A stretch of DNA of 64,000 nucleotides from Anaerovoracaceae bacterium (GTDB lineage Bacteria > Bacillota > Clostridia > Peptostreptococcales > Anaerovoracaceae): NCBI GenBank assembly GCA_036637375.1, contig JAVWMQ010000004.1:4698-68697 (forward strand), given 5' to 3'. Under the pieces are notes generated by a model. That model did not search any database. It was not told where the DNA came from and saw only the letters and a list, made by a program, of their open reading frames with translations. Both the position numbers and the translations under genes were made by a program. How positions within the stretch are numbered: the first letter of the stretch is position 1; each line of letters starts with the position of its first letter. Shown here piece after piece: positions 10,090 through 19,644 of this stretch.

Positions 10090-11838
10090 ATGGCAAAACA
10101 AACAATTGATTTTAATAACGAAGAAATGAGAAATGCGTATAGACATACAACTTCTCATATTTTAGCACAGGCAGTAAAGACACTATGGCCAGAAGCAAAG
10201 CTTGCAATTGGACCTGCTATTGATAACGGGTTTTATTATGACTTTGATTTAGAACATAAATTTACTGACGATGACTTAAAGAAAATCGAAAAAGAAATGA
10301 AAAAGATTATTAAAGCTGGTCTTCCGCTTGAAAAATACGAAATGTCAAGGGAAGAAGCAATTAAAACTATGAAAGATCTTGGAGAAGATTATAAGGTGGA
10401 GTTAATTGAAGACCTTCCAGAAGATGAAATTCTATCATTTTACAAACAGGGAGATTTCTTTGATTTATGTGCTGGTCCTCATATGGAAAAAACAAGCAAC
10501 ATCAAGGCTGTTAAGTTAACAAGTGTTGCGGGTGCATATTGGAGAGGCGATTCTGACAGAAAAATGCTTCAGAGAATTTATGGTACATCATTCCCAAGCC
10601 AGGAAGAATTAGATGAATACTTAAAGAAAATTGAAGAAGCAAAGAAGAGAGACCACCGTAAAATTGGTAAGGAAATGGATTTGTTTGCAATCTATGAAGA
10701 AGGTCCAGGATTCCCATTCTTCATGCCTAAAGGTATGGTTCTTAGAAACGAATTGGAACGTTTTTGGAGAGAAATTCATAAATTAAATGGTTATGAAGAA
10801 ATCAAAACACCTTTAATTCTAAATGAAGATTTATGGCATACATCAGGACACTGGGATAACTACAAGGATAATATGTACTTTACTAAAATTGATGGTGAAG
10901 ATTATGCAATTAAACCTATGAACTGCCCAGGATCAATGCTTGCGTACAAGAGAAAAATGTACTCATATAGAGATTTTCCAATGAGAGTTGGTGAACTAGG
11001 ACAGGTTCATAGACATGAGCTTTCAGGTGCACTTCATGGATTAATGAGAGTTAGAACATTTACTCAAGATGATGCTCATATATTCATGCTTCCTGAACAA
11101 ATCAAAGAAGAAATCAAAGGCGTAATTAGATTAATCGATTATGTTTATAGCGATATATTTGGATTTAAGTATCACATTGAATTATCAACAAGACCAGAAA
11201 AGAAATTTATTGGTACAGTTGAATTATGGGATAAAGCTACAGATGCTCTTAGAGAAGCCATGGAAGAAGAAGGTTTAGAATACATTATCAATGAAGGTGA
11301 TGGTGCTTTTTATGGTCCTAAATTAGACTTCCACTTAGAAGATTCTATTGGCAGAACTTGGCAGTGTGGAACTATTCAGCTAGACTACATGATGCCAGAA
11401 AGATTTGATTTAACATACGTTGGATCTGATGGTGAAAAACATAGACCAGTAATGATTCATAGAGTAATATTTGGTTCAATTGAAAGATTTATTGGAATTT
11501 TGACAGAACATTATGCTGGTAAATTCCCTCTATGGTTAGCTCCAGTTCAGGTTAAACTACTAACTGTAGCTGAAAGTTTTGAGCCTTATGCAAGAAAGGT
11601 TGCTAAGGTATTAGAAGCGGCTGGCATTAGAGTTGAACTTGATGTTAGAAATGAAAAGATTGGATATAAGCTAAGAGAAGCTAGAAATGAAAGAGTTACT
11701 TATATCGGAATTATTGGTGAAAGAGAAGCAGAAGCTGAATCTTTAACTTTACGTCATAACGTTGAAGGCGAAATTGGCGAGATGAAACTTGATGAGTTTA
11801 AAGAAAAGCTTATTAAGGAAATTGGGGATAAGAAATAA
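10090..11838 (+). CDS. thrS: Threonine--tRNA ligase (no N-terminal TGS domain)
   Basis: ATG 10090 lies 9 nt after GGAGGA and 1 nt after the ddl stop. 582 aa, starting directly at the editing domain (HTTSHILAQAV). Class II core motifs are present (FRDFPMRVGELGQVHRHELSG, HRPVMIHRVIFGSIERF), followed by an anticodon-binding domain. Confidence 0.9.
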   Translation: MAKQTIDFNNEEMRNAYRHTTSHILAQAVKTLWPEAKLAIGPAIDNGFYYDFDLEHKFTDDDLKKIEKEMKKIIKAGLPLEKYEMSREEAIKTMKDLGEDYKVELIEDLPEDEILSFYKQGDFFDLCAGPHMEKTSNIKAVKLTSVAGAYWRGDSDRKMLQRIYGTSFPSQEELDEYLKKIEEAKKRDHRKIGKEMDLFAIYEEGPGFPFFMPKGMVLRNELERFWREIHKLNGYEEIKTPLILNEDLWHTSGHWDNYKDNMYFTKIDGEDYAIKPMNCPGSMLAYKRKMYSYRDFPMRVGELGQVHRHELSGALHGLMRVRTFTQDDAHIFMLPEQIKEEIKGVIRLIDYVYSDIFGFKYHIELSTRPEKKFIGTVELWDKATDALREAMEEEGLEYIINEGDGAFYGPKLDFHLEDSIGRTWQCGTIQLDYMMPERFDLTYVGSDGEKHRPVMIHRVIFGSIERFIGILTEHYAGKFPLWLAPVQVKLLTVAESFEPYARKVAKVLEAAGIRVELDVRNEKIGYKLREARNERVTYIGIIGEREAEAESLTLRHNVEGEIGEMKLDEFKEKLIKEIGDKK

Positions 11839-12839
11839 TGGATGTTCAGAAAAAAAGTAAGAAGCCGATTATAATATTTGTCAGTATAATCACAGGGATA
11901 ATTGTTCTAGGTATTATAACTGCGGGTATTTCTTTTGACTTTGCAGTTGACGAGGATGGAGGCAACTCAGGAAGCGATGCTGTTGCAAATGTTTCTGAGG
12001 ATTTCATTGCATCACTTAGTGTTCAAGGAGCCATTTCAGGATCATCAAATTCCATAGAAGATAGTGATTATGATCATCAGTTTATGCTTGACTCAATAGA
12101 CGGACTAATGGCCAATGCACATAACAAAGGACTGTTTCTATTTGTAAATTCTCCAGGTGGGGGAGTTTATGAAAGTGATGAACTTTATCTAAAGATCATG
12201 AAGTACAAAGAAGTCACTAATAGACCAGTATATGCATACTTTGGATCAACTGCGGCTTCTGGAGGATACTATATATCGGCAGGAGCAGACAAAATAATTG
12301 CAAATCGTAATTGTTTAACTGGTTCAATAGGTGTAACTATAGGAACTGTTTATGATGTGAGTGGATTTTTGGAAAAACATGGAATCAAACACCAAACTAT
12401 AACATCTGGAAAGAATAAGGCAATGGGATCTCCTGTTGATAAGCTAACTAAGGAGCAAAGAGCTATTTACCAATCAGTTGTAGATGAAAGTTATGATCAA
12501 TTTACATCTATTGTTGCAGATGGTAGAGATATGCCAATTAAGACTGTTCGTAAAATTGCTGATGGACGAGTATATACTGCTAAACAAGCAAAAAAGAATG
12601 GGCTTATAGATGATATAGCAACTAGAGACGAAGCGTTAGCACTTATGATGGAAGATGAAAACTTATTAGGTGTAGAGGTAAAACAATTTGCCCCTGCAAA
12701 AAAAGACTTTATTAGCAAACTTCTAGGTTCTGCTAAGAGTTTCACTAAATCAGGTGTAAATGATCTCGATAAATTGCTTAATATTGGGCAGAATGAGGGT
12801 GGACTAGAGATTAATTATATAAGCGATATTCTGAAATAA
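11838..12839 (+). CDS. sppA: Signal peptide peptidase SppA (36K type)
   Basis: 333 aa with an N-terminal TM segment and ClpP/crotonase-like S49 motifs NSPGGGVYES and GSTAASGGYYIS. Confidence 0.85.
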   Translation: MDVQKKSKKPIIIFVSIITGIIVLGIITAGISFDFAVDEDGGNSGSDAVANVSEDFIASLSVQGAISGSSNSIEDSDYDHQFMLDSIDGLMANAHNKGLFLFVNSPGGGVYESDELYLKIMKYKEVTNRPVYAYFGSTAASGGYYISAGADKIIANRNCLTGSIGVTIGTVYDVSGFLEKHGIKHQTITSGKNKAMGSPVDKLTKEQRAIYQSVVDESYDQFTSIVADGRDMPIKTVRKIADGRVYTAKQAKKNGLIDDIATRDEALALMMEDENLLGVEVKQFAPAKKDFISKLLGSAKSFTKSGVNDLDKLLNIGQNEGGLEINYISDILK

Positions 12840-12862
12840 AAAGTAAACTATTGACTATAATG

Positions 12863-12895
12863 AAACGCTACTGATGATATTTAGTAGCGTTTTTG
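12863..12895 (+). terminator. Rho-independent terminator after sppA
   Basis: AAACGCTACT (12863-12872) pairs with AGTAGCGTTT (12883-12892), followed by a T run. Confidence 0.6.
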
Positions 12896-12920
12896 TATGA
12901 ATTGACAAAAGAGAGAAAGA

Positions 12921-14285
12921 ATGGAAAGAGAAAATAAACTGGGAATTGAACCTATAAATAAATTGATTTTAACCATGGCATTACCAGCAGTGGCTGCACA
13001 GCTGGTAAATGTTTTTTACAATATTGTAGATAGAATGTATATTGGACATATAGCTGATATTGGACCTTTTGCATTAACAGGTCTTGGCCTTTGTTTGCCA
13101 ATAACTATGGGAATATTAGCCTTTAGCGCTTTTGTAGGTGCGGGAGGTGCTCCTTTAGCAGCAATTGAATTGGGGAGAAAAAATAAGGAACAGGCCGAAA
13201 GAATTTTAGGTAATGGAGTAACTATGATAGTTACATTATCAATAATTTTATCCGTTGTTATTATAATTGCCAAAAAACCGTTGCTCTACGCATTTGGGGC
13301 TAGCGACATTACATATACTTATGCAAATGAGTATTTGTCAATATATGGGCTCGGCACGATATTTGTTATGATTTCACTTGGTTTAAATAACTTTATAATT
13401 TGCCAAGGACAATCAAAAACCGCTATGATTTCGGTATTAATAGGTGCGGCACTTAATATTATTCTTGACCCAATATTTATATTTTTGCTAGACATGGGAG
13501 TTACAGGTGCAGCAATTGCAACTGTAATATCTCAGTTTGTAAGTTCTGTTTGGATAGTTAGATTTCTTATCTCAAAAAAAAGTGAAATAAAGATCAAAAA
13601 GCAAAACTTAAAGGTGAATCCAAAGGTATTAGCTGCAATAATGGCCCTTGGTATTTCACCGTTTATTATGCAGATTACAGAAAGTATTGTTAATATAACA
13701 TTTAATGTTGGACTGCAAAAGTATGGCGGCGATTTGTATGTAGGGGCAATGACTATTATGCAAAGTGTAATGCAGCTTGTTGTTATACCAGTAATGGGGC
13801 TAACTCAGGGGACTCAGCCAATCATAAGTTATAATTATGGTGCAAATAATTTTGATAGAGTAAAGGAAGCATTCAAAAAAATATTGATAATTACAGTATT
13901 GATAACTACAGCTGCAACATTATGTACATGGGTTTTCCCTCAAATATTTGCTAGAATATTTACTACAAACGGAGAACTAATTGATTTGGTTTCTAAGCTA
14001 CTACCTATTTTTATGGCTGGAATATTTATTTTTGGCGTTCAAATGGCTTGTCAATCAGCGTTTATGGGTATGGGGCAGGCAAAAATTTCATTGTTCTTAG
14101 CATTGCTTAGAAAGGTATTTTTACTGATTCCATTGGCTATTATTTTGCCAATGTTTGTAGGTGTAAAAGGGATTATAATTGCAGAGCCAATATCTGATAT
14201 CATAGCAGCAGTGACAACAGGAACAATTTTCCTTTTATACATAAAGAAACTTTTTAGAAATCAAAATAAAAGTGAAATTAATTAA
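12921..14285 (+). CDS. MATE family efflux transporter
   Basis: 454 aa, about 12 TM segments, with the typical MATE N-terminus (LGIEPINKLILTMALPAVAAQLVNVFYNIVDRMYIG). Confidence 0.85.
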   Translation: MERENKLGIEPINKLILTMALPAVAAQLVNVFYNIVDRMYIGHIADIGPFALTGLGLCLPITMGILAFSAFVGAGGAPLAAIELGRKNKEQAERILGNGVTMIVTLSIILSVVIIIAKKPLLYAFGASDITYTYANEYLSIYGLGTIFVMISLGLNNFIICQGQSKTAMISVLIGAALNIILDPIFIFLLDMGVTGAAIATVISQFVSSVWIVRFLISKKSEIKIKKQNLKVNPKVLAAIMALGISPFIMQITESIVNITFNVGLQKYGGDLYVGAMTIMQSVMQLVVIPVMGLTQGTQPIISYNYGANNFDRVKEAFKKILIITVLITTAATLCTWVFPQIFARIFTTNGELIDLVSKLLPIFMAGIFIFGVQMACQSAFMGMGQAKISLFLALLRKVFLLIPLAIILPMFVGVKGIIIAEPISDIIAAVTTGTIFLLYIKKLFRNQNKSEIN

Positions 14286-14305
14286 TAACCTTCAAGTAAA
14301 ATAAC

Positions 14306-14334
14306 TTGACAGATGTAGTGGTTTATGATAAATT
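14306..14334 (+). promoter_or_regulatory. Candidate sigma-A promoter for ylxM-ffh-rpsP operon
   Basis: TTGACA (14306-14311), 17 nt spacer, TAAATT (14329-14334), with a TG dinucleotide two nt upstream of the -10. Confidence 0.5.
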
Positions 14335-14390
14335 AGTTGAGGTGGCAAGTGAGAGTACTTGACACATATAATTGGAGGAAGCAAATATTA

Positions 14391-14750
14391 ATGATGTTTG
14401 ATGAAATTACAAGAGTTAGCCTGTTATATGATTTTTATGGTGAATTGCTTACAGATAGACAAAAGGATGTAATGAAATTATACCATGAAGAAAATTTGTC
14501 ATTATCTGAAATTGCAGATGAATTTGGAATTAGCAGACAGGGTGTACATGATGCTCTAAAGAATGCAGAGAAAGCATTAACTACATATGAGAGTAAACTT
14601 GGTTTAGTTAAGAAATTTGAAATAAACAAAGAGGCTGTAAATATGATAGACAGGGAGTTGAATATTCTTATTTCTGAAAACGACAATGTGGAATTAATTA
14701 CGAGGCTTAAGGATATTAAGCAAATAATAGACAATATTAGTGAACAATAG
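14391..14750 (+). CDS. ylxM: YlxM/UPF0122 helix-turn-helix protein (putative SRP operon protein)
   Basis: ATG 14391 follows a GGAGGA RBS; the ORF-track start at 14337 is upstream of the RBS. The sigma-70 region-4-like segment LSLSEIADEFGISRQGVHDALK is present. Located immediately upstream of ffh, as in other Firmicutes. Confidence 0.8.
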   Translation: MMFDEITRVSLLYDFYGELLTDRQKDVMKLYHEENLSLSEIADEFGISRQGVHDALKNAEKALTTYESKLGLVKKFEINKEAVNMIDRELNILISENDNVELITRLKDIKQIIDNISEQ

Positions 14751-14762
14751 GAAGGAGCCAGT

Positions 14763-16100
14763 ATGGCATTTGAAGGATTATCAGACAAATTACAAGACGT
14801 CTTTAAAGGCCTTAAAGGTAAGGGCTCACTGACAGAAAAAGACATAGATACTGCAATGAGAGAGGTTAAATTAGCCTTGCTTGAAGCAGACGTAAACTTC
14901 AAGGTTGTTAAGGACTTTGTGAAGACTGTTAAGGAGAAATCCTTAGGGGCAGATGTTCTTGAAAGCTTAACACCTGCACAGCAAGTTATTAAAATAGTTG
15001 ATGGCGAGTTAACTGAATTAATGGGTGGCTCAAACAGTAAACTTACATACTCACCGAGAGGATTTACAGTCCTATTAATGGTAGGTTTGCAAGGTACTGG
15101 TAAGACAACAACCTGTGGTAAGCTTGCATCATGGCTTAAACAAAATGGCAAAAAGCCAATGCTTTGCGCATGCGACATATATAGACCAGCAGCGATAGAT
15201 CAGTTAGAAGTTGTTGGTAAATCTGTAGATACTCCTGTTTTTACAATGAGAGACTGCAAGGAACCAGAAAAAATTGCACTTAGTGCAATGAAGGAAGCTG
15301 AAGTAAAAGGTTACGACGTATTGATTGTCGATACTGCGGGACGTTTACAAATAGATGAAGCTTTGATGGAAGAGCTTGTTACAATCAAGTCTGCAATCAA
15401 GCCTCACGAAATATTGCTGGTAGTTGATGCACTTACAGGACAAGATGCTGTAAATGCTGCCGAAGGATTCAATGATAGACTTGGAATTGATGGAATAATC
15501 ATGACTAAGATGGATGGTGACTCAAGAGGTGGTGCTGCACTTTCAGCAAAAAAAGTAACTGGGAAACCTGTTAAATTCATAGGTATGGGTGAAAAGATGG
15601 ATGCGCTTGAACCGTTCCATCCTGAACGTATGGCTAGTAGAATTCTAGGTATGGGCGATGTGATGTCTCTAATTGAGACTGCAGAAGCTGCATATGATGA
15701 GGAACAGGCCGAAAGATTAGAAAAACGAATTAAGAAAAACCAATTTACATTGGAAGATTTCCTTGAGCAAATGGGGCAAATCAAAAAAATGGGTGGTGTA
15801 TCTAAAATCGTTGGAATGATTCCAGGACTTAGCTCAAAACAAATGAGCGAGGTGGATATTGAACGAGGCGAAAAAGAATTCGTTCAGATGGAAGCCATTA
15901 TCTACTCAATGACCAAACAAGAGAGACAAGACCCGTCAATCTTAAATGCGAGTAGAAGGAAGAGAATTGCCGCAGGTTCAGGACAACCTGTTAGCAAAAT
16001 AAATAATTTGGTTAAGCGTTATCAGGAAACAAAAAAGATGATGAAACAGTTTTCTAAACCAAACGCTAAATTGCCAAGAATGTTTAAAGGTTTACAATAA
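14763..16100 (+). CDS. ffh: Signal recognition particle protein Ffh
   Basis: 445 aa. NG domain with GLQGTGKTTTCGKLA, DTAGR and TKMDGD, followed by a Met-rich M domain. Confidence 0.95.
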   Translation: MAFEGLSDKLQDVFKGLKGKGSLTEKDIDTAMREVKLALLEADVNFKVVKDFVKTVKEKSLGADVLESLTPAQQVIKIVDGELTELMGGSNSKLTYSPRGFTVLLMVGLQGTGKTTTCGKLASWLKQNGKKPMLCACDIYRPAAIDQLEVVGKSVDTPVFTMRDCKEPEKIALSAMKEAEVKGYDVLIVDTAGRLQIDEALMEELVTIKSAIKPHEILLVVDALTGQDAVNAAEGFNDRLGIDGIIMTKMDGDSRGGAALSAKKVTGKPVKFIGMGEKMDALEPFHPERMASRILGMGDVMSLIETAEAAYDEEQAERLEKRIKKNQFTLEDFLEQMGQIKKMGGVSKIVGMIPGLSSKQMSEVDIERGEKEFVQMEAIIYSMTKQERQDPSILNASRRKRIAAGSGQPVSKINNLVKRYQETKKMMKQFSKPNAKLPRMFKGLQ

Positions 16101-16127
16101 TTAATATTTTTTAGGAGGAAATTACAA

Positions 16128-16367
16128 ATGGTAAAGATTAGATTAAAGAGAATGGGAGCAAACAAAAAGCCTTTTTATAGAGTGGTTGTTGCAGATTCAC
16201 GTTCACCAAGAGACGGAAAGTTCATTGAAGAAATTGGGTACTTCAACCCATTAACTGAACCAGCAGATATTAAAATTGATGGAGAAAAAGCTCAGAAATG
16301 GTTAGGCGACGGTGCACAGCCTACAAGTACAGTTAAAGCACTTTTCAAAAAAGCAGGCATCATTTAA
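16128..16367 (+). CDS. rpsP: 30S ribosomal protein S16
   Basis: 79 aa starting [41 protein letters not shown], preceded by an AGGAGG RBS. Confidence 0.95.
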   Translation: MVKIRLKRMGANKKPFYRVVVADSRSPRDGKFIEEIGYFNPLTEPADIKIDGEKAQKWLGDGAQPTSTVKALFKKAGII

Positions 16368-16388
16368 GAGAGAAAGCGGTGAAGACTA

Positions 16389-16619
16389 ATGGTAGAATTG
16401 GTTGAGGTAATTGCAAAGTCACTAGTTGACAATAAGGAAGCTGTAGAAGTTTCTAAGTCAATGGACAAGCAGACTACTATTGTCCAGCTTAAGGTTGCCC
16501 CAGAAGATATGGGTAAAGTAATTGGTAAGCACGGAAGAATCGCAAAGGCTCTTCGTACTGTTGTAAAAGCAGCAGCAACAAAAGCAAACGAAAAAGTAGT
16601 AGTTGAGATAGTTCAATAA
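16389..16619 (+). CDS. KH-domain RNA-binding protein (YlqC family)
   Basis: 76 aa with the KH GXXG motif VIGKHGRIAKALRTV. Conserved position between rpsP and rimM. Confidence 0.85.
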   Translation: MVELVEVIAKSLVDNKEAVEVSKSMDKQTTIVQLKVAPEDMGKVIGKHGRIAKALRTVVKAAATKANEKVVVEIVQ

Positions 16620-16678
16620 ATTATTAGGGCACATATATTCTGTTTGAGTATATGTGCCTAAGTACTAAGTGGAGAGAT

Positions 16679-17176
16679 ATGGAAAAGATAACAATAGGAA
16701 AAGTAGTTAATGTTGTTGGGCTAAAAGGTGAGCTGAAAATATATAACTACTCAGATGACCGTGAAAGGTTTGAAAGACTTGAAGAAATATTTATTGGAAA
16801 TAACAAGCACAAAATTGAAAAAGTAAGATATAAAGACAATATGGTGATACTGAAAGTAGATGGTATAGATAATAGAGATCAAAGTGAAGCAGTAAAAAAT
16901 CAAATGGTATATATTACTGAGGACGATCTTGAAGAACTACCTGAAGGAGTTTACTATATTAGAGATATGATTGGTATGGAAGTTTTTTCACATGAGGGTG
17001 TTAAGTTAGGTATTCTTGATGATGTGAATACAAATGTACCACAGAAACTTTATGTTGTTAAGAGAGAAGGCAAGAGTGATATTTTGATACCTGGAGTTGA
17101 TGAATTCATTTTGGATATAGATATGGAAAAGAGAATTATTACGGTAAAAGTGATAGAGGGACTTTATGAAGATTAA
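16679..17176 (+). CDS. rimM: 16S rRNA processing protein RimM
   Basis: ATG 16679 is preceded by GGAGAG; the ORF-track start at 16652 falls inside a hairpin. The protein has RimM N-terminal and PRC-barrel regions. Its 3' end overlaps trmD by 11 nt. Confidence 0.85.
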   Translation: MEKITIGKVVNVVGLKGELKIYNYSDDRERFERLEEIFIGNNKHKIEKVRYKDNMVILKVDGIDNRDQSEAVKNQMVYITEDDLEELPEGVYYIRDMIGMEVFSHEGVKLGILDDVNTNVPQKLYVVKREGKSDILIPGVDEFILDIDMEKRIITVKVIEGLYED

Positions 17177-17906
17177 CGTTTTGACACTCTTTAAAGAAAT
17201 GTTTGTTGCAGTTAAAGAAAGCAGCATTTTGGGCAAGGCCTGTGAAAAAGGTGCGTTAGAAATAACTTTAACAGATATAAGGGACTATACTTTAAATAAA
17301 CATAACAAAGTTGACGATTATCCCTATGGCGGAGGAGTTGGAATGCTAATGCAGGCTGAACCAATATTTAGATGTCTAGAGGATGTAGGGGCGAGAAATA
17401 AAAAGATAATCTATATGTCTCCAAAAGGCAAGGTTCTTAATCAAGAAAAAGTTTTTGAACTTGCAAAAGAGGAAGAACTTGTAATATTGTGTGGACATTA
17501 TGAGGGTGTTGATCAAAGAGTGTTAGACTACTGGAATGTTGAAGAAATATCAATAGGCGACTACATTTTGACAGGAGGAGAGCCAGCTGCAATAGTCTTA
17601 ATTGATTCAATTGCAAGGCTTGTACCAGGCGTGCTAGGTGATAAAACCTCAGCAACAGAGGAATCTATTTATTCCGGATTATTGGAGCATCCTCAATATA
17701 CAAAACCAAGAGAATATGAAGGTCTATGTGTTCCTGAAGTATTAGTAAATGGAAACCATAAACTTATACATTTGTGGCAGTTTGAAAAATCTTTGGAACT
17801 TACAAAACAAAGACGACCTGACTTGTTTGAAAAGTTTTGTGAAGATACTTCTGCTTTAACCAAAGAAGAAAAAATAATATTGGAAAAAATATGCAAAATG
17901 GTGTAA
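17166..17906 (+). CDS. trmD: tRNA (guanine37-N1)-methyltransferase
   Basis: 246 aa with YPYGGGVGMLM, CGHYEGVDQRV and GDYILTGGE. Confidence 0.95.
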   Translation: MKINVLTLFKEMFVAVKESSILGKACEKGALEITLTDIRDYTLNKHNKVDDYPYGGGVGMLMQAEPIFRCLEDVGARNKKIIYMSPKGKVLNQEKVFELAKEEELVILCGHYEGVDQRVLDYWNVEEISIGDYILTGGEPAAIVLIDSIARLVPGVLGDKTSATEESIYSGLLEHPQYTKPREYEGLCVPEVLVNGNHKLIHLWQFEKSLELTKQRRPDLFEKFCEDTSALTKEEKIILEKICKMV

Positions 17907-17927
17907 AATGTTATATGGAGATATATT

Positions 17928-18938
17928 ATGCCGAAGATAAAGAGAAAAACAATTTTAATCTTGGTGATGGTAGCATGTATCATATATGTGACGACAGAAA
18001 TGCTTCCGGCACTCTTAGATAGAGTTACACCAACAGTAACTATAGAATATGGTGAATTAATCACAGAAGATGAAGTACCAGTTTATATCCTTAGAGATGA
18101 AACTGTTTATTCTGCTACAACTTCGGGTAAGATAGAGTACAGGGTAGAGAATGGAACTCAAATTAAGGCGGGGAGCAAGGTTATTCGCTTTAAAAAGGAT
18201 AAGGATGAAATCAAAGAAGGCTTTGATAAAACTGATACAAAAGGTAGCTTGACATCAAAGTATAATGATATTATTGACAAGCTTGGAACAGATGCTAAAT
18301 TCTATAATGGTGAGAAGGCTAAACAAAAGGGTGTATTTAGCACATTCATTGATGGTAACGAAAACTATTTTACAGTAGAAAATTTTGATAAAATAACAGA
18401 AGAAAAGGCAAAAGATTTATCTGATAAAGCCGAAGATGTATCAAGAGATAAGGTTTCAGCAAAAGAACCGATATATAAAATAACAGATAATAGTAAATGG
18501 TATATGATGTGTTTCATAGATTCGGAAAAAACAAGCAGATATGAAGAAGGCCATAGGGTAAAAGTTAGACTTCCAAAAGGCGAGGTTAAATGTACAGTAG
18601 AAAAGATTGTCGCAGATAAAGATAAGTGGAAAGTTCTTCTTTCTACAAATCGATATTGCAAAGGCTTTAATGAAATTAGAAGTGCTGATGCTATGGTTAC
18701 GACATTAGATATTGAAGGTATATTAGTTCCAAATAGTTGCATTACAACTAAGAACGGTGTAGTTGGAGTATATGTTGTACAAAAGACTGGGGATAACACT
18801 TTTGTTCCCGTTAGGGTTCTTGGAAACGATGGGGAAACCTCAGCAGTTAGTGAAGGATATTTTTATGATAAAAAAGGAAACTTTGTTTCCAGTGTAAAGA
18901 TATATGATGAAATAATCAAAAAACCAAAAAAAGAATAA
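17928..18938 (+). CDS. Membrane-anchored HlyD-like (barrel-sandwich hybrid) protein, function unknown
   Basis: 336 aa. An N-terminal TM anchor is followed by a lipoyl-like segment (GKIEYRVENGTQIKAGSKVIRF), a coiled region and a C-terminal beta barrel. The family call rests on weak similarity only. Confidence 0.5.
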   Translation: MPKIKRKTILILVMVACIIYVTTEMLPALLDRVTPTVTIEYGELITEDEVPVYILRDETVYSATTSGKIEYRVENGTQIKAGSKVIRFKKDKDEIKEGFDKTDTKGSLTSKYNDIIDKLGTDAKFYNGEKAKQKGVFSTFIDGNENYFTVENFDKITEEKAKDLSDKAEDVSRDKVSAKEPIYKITDNSKWYMMCFIDSEKTSRYEEGHRVKVRLPKGEVKCTVEKIVADKDKWKVLLSTNRYCKGFNEIRSADAMVTTLDIEGILVPNSCITTKNGVVGVYVVQKTGDNTFVPVRVLGNDGETSAVSEGYFYDKKGNFVSSVKIYDEIIKKPKKE

Positions 18939-18965
18939 AAGTTTAAGCTAAGGAAGGTGCGTTAA

Positions 18966-19628
18966 ATGCAAGAGATTAAAAAAAATCTGGAAGATATAAG
19001 AAACACCTTAAATGAAAACGTTCTTTTGGTTGCAGTTACAAAAACTCATACACCAGAAGAAATAAATGTTGCAATTGATGAAGGTGTAACAGACATTGGT
19101 GAAAATAAAGTACAAGAAATTTTAGATAAATATGAAAAAGTAAAACCAGTGAGATGGCATTTAATAGGGCATCTTCAAACAAACAAGGTTAAGTATATTA
19201 TAGATAAAGTAGCTATGATTCATTCTGTTGATTCTATGAAATTGGCAGCAGAAATAAATAAAAGAGCAGGTAGCCAAGGTATTTCGATGGACATTTTAAT
19301 ACAGGTTAACCCAGCACAAGAAGAAAGCAAGTTTGGTATTAAAACAGAAGAAACTAAGGACATGATAAATGAAATATTAGAAACGTGTCCGAATATAAAT
19401 ATTAAAGGCTTGATGTGTATTGCACCATTTGAAGAAAATCCAGAAGATGTAAGAGGTTATTTCGCAATGGTAAAAGAGCAATATGATGAGTTTAGTCAAA
19501 TTAGTCATGAAAGACTTGATTTTAAATATTTATCAATGGGAATGTCACACGATTACAAGGTGGCAATGGAAGAAGGATCAAATTTAGTGAGAGTAGGTAG
19601 CGCAATTTTTGGTACTAGAGTATATTAA
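18966..19628 (+). CDS. yggS: YggS/YlmE family pyridoxal-phosphate homeostasis protein
   Basis: 220 aa with LVAVTKTH (PLP lysine), HLIGHLQTNKV and LSMGMSHDY. Confidence 0.85.
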   Translation: MQEIKKNLEDIRNTLNENVLLVAVTKTHTPEEINVAIDEGVTDIGENKVQEILDKYEKVKPVRWHLIGHLQTNKVKYIIDKVAMIHSVDSMKLAAEINKRAGSQGISMDILIQVNPAQEESKFGIKTEETKDMINEILETCPNINIKGLMCIAPFEENPEDVRGYFAMVKEQYDEFSQISHERLDFKYLSMGMSHDYKVAMEEGSNLVRVGSAIFGTRVY

Positions 19629-19644
19629 TTATTAGGAGGATCAC

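Noticed and set aside
14435-15178. 247 aa minus-strand ORF antisense to ylxM/ffh
   Set aside because: It lies entirely inside strongly conserved + strand genes. The translation is Ser/Leu/Pro-rich low complexity, typical of the antisense frame of a real gene. No RBS was seen.
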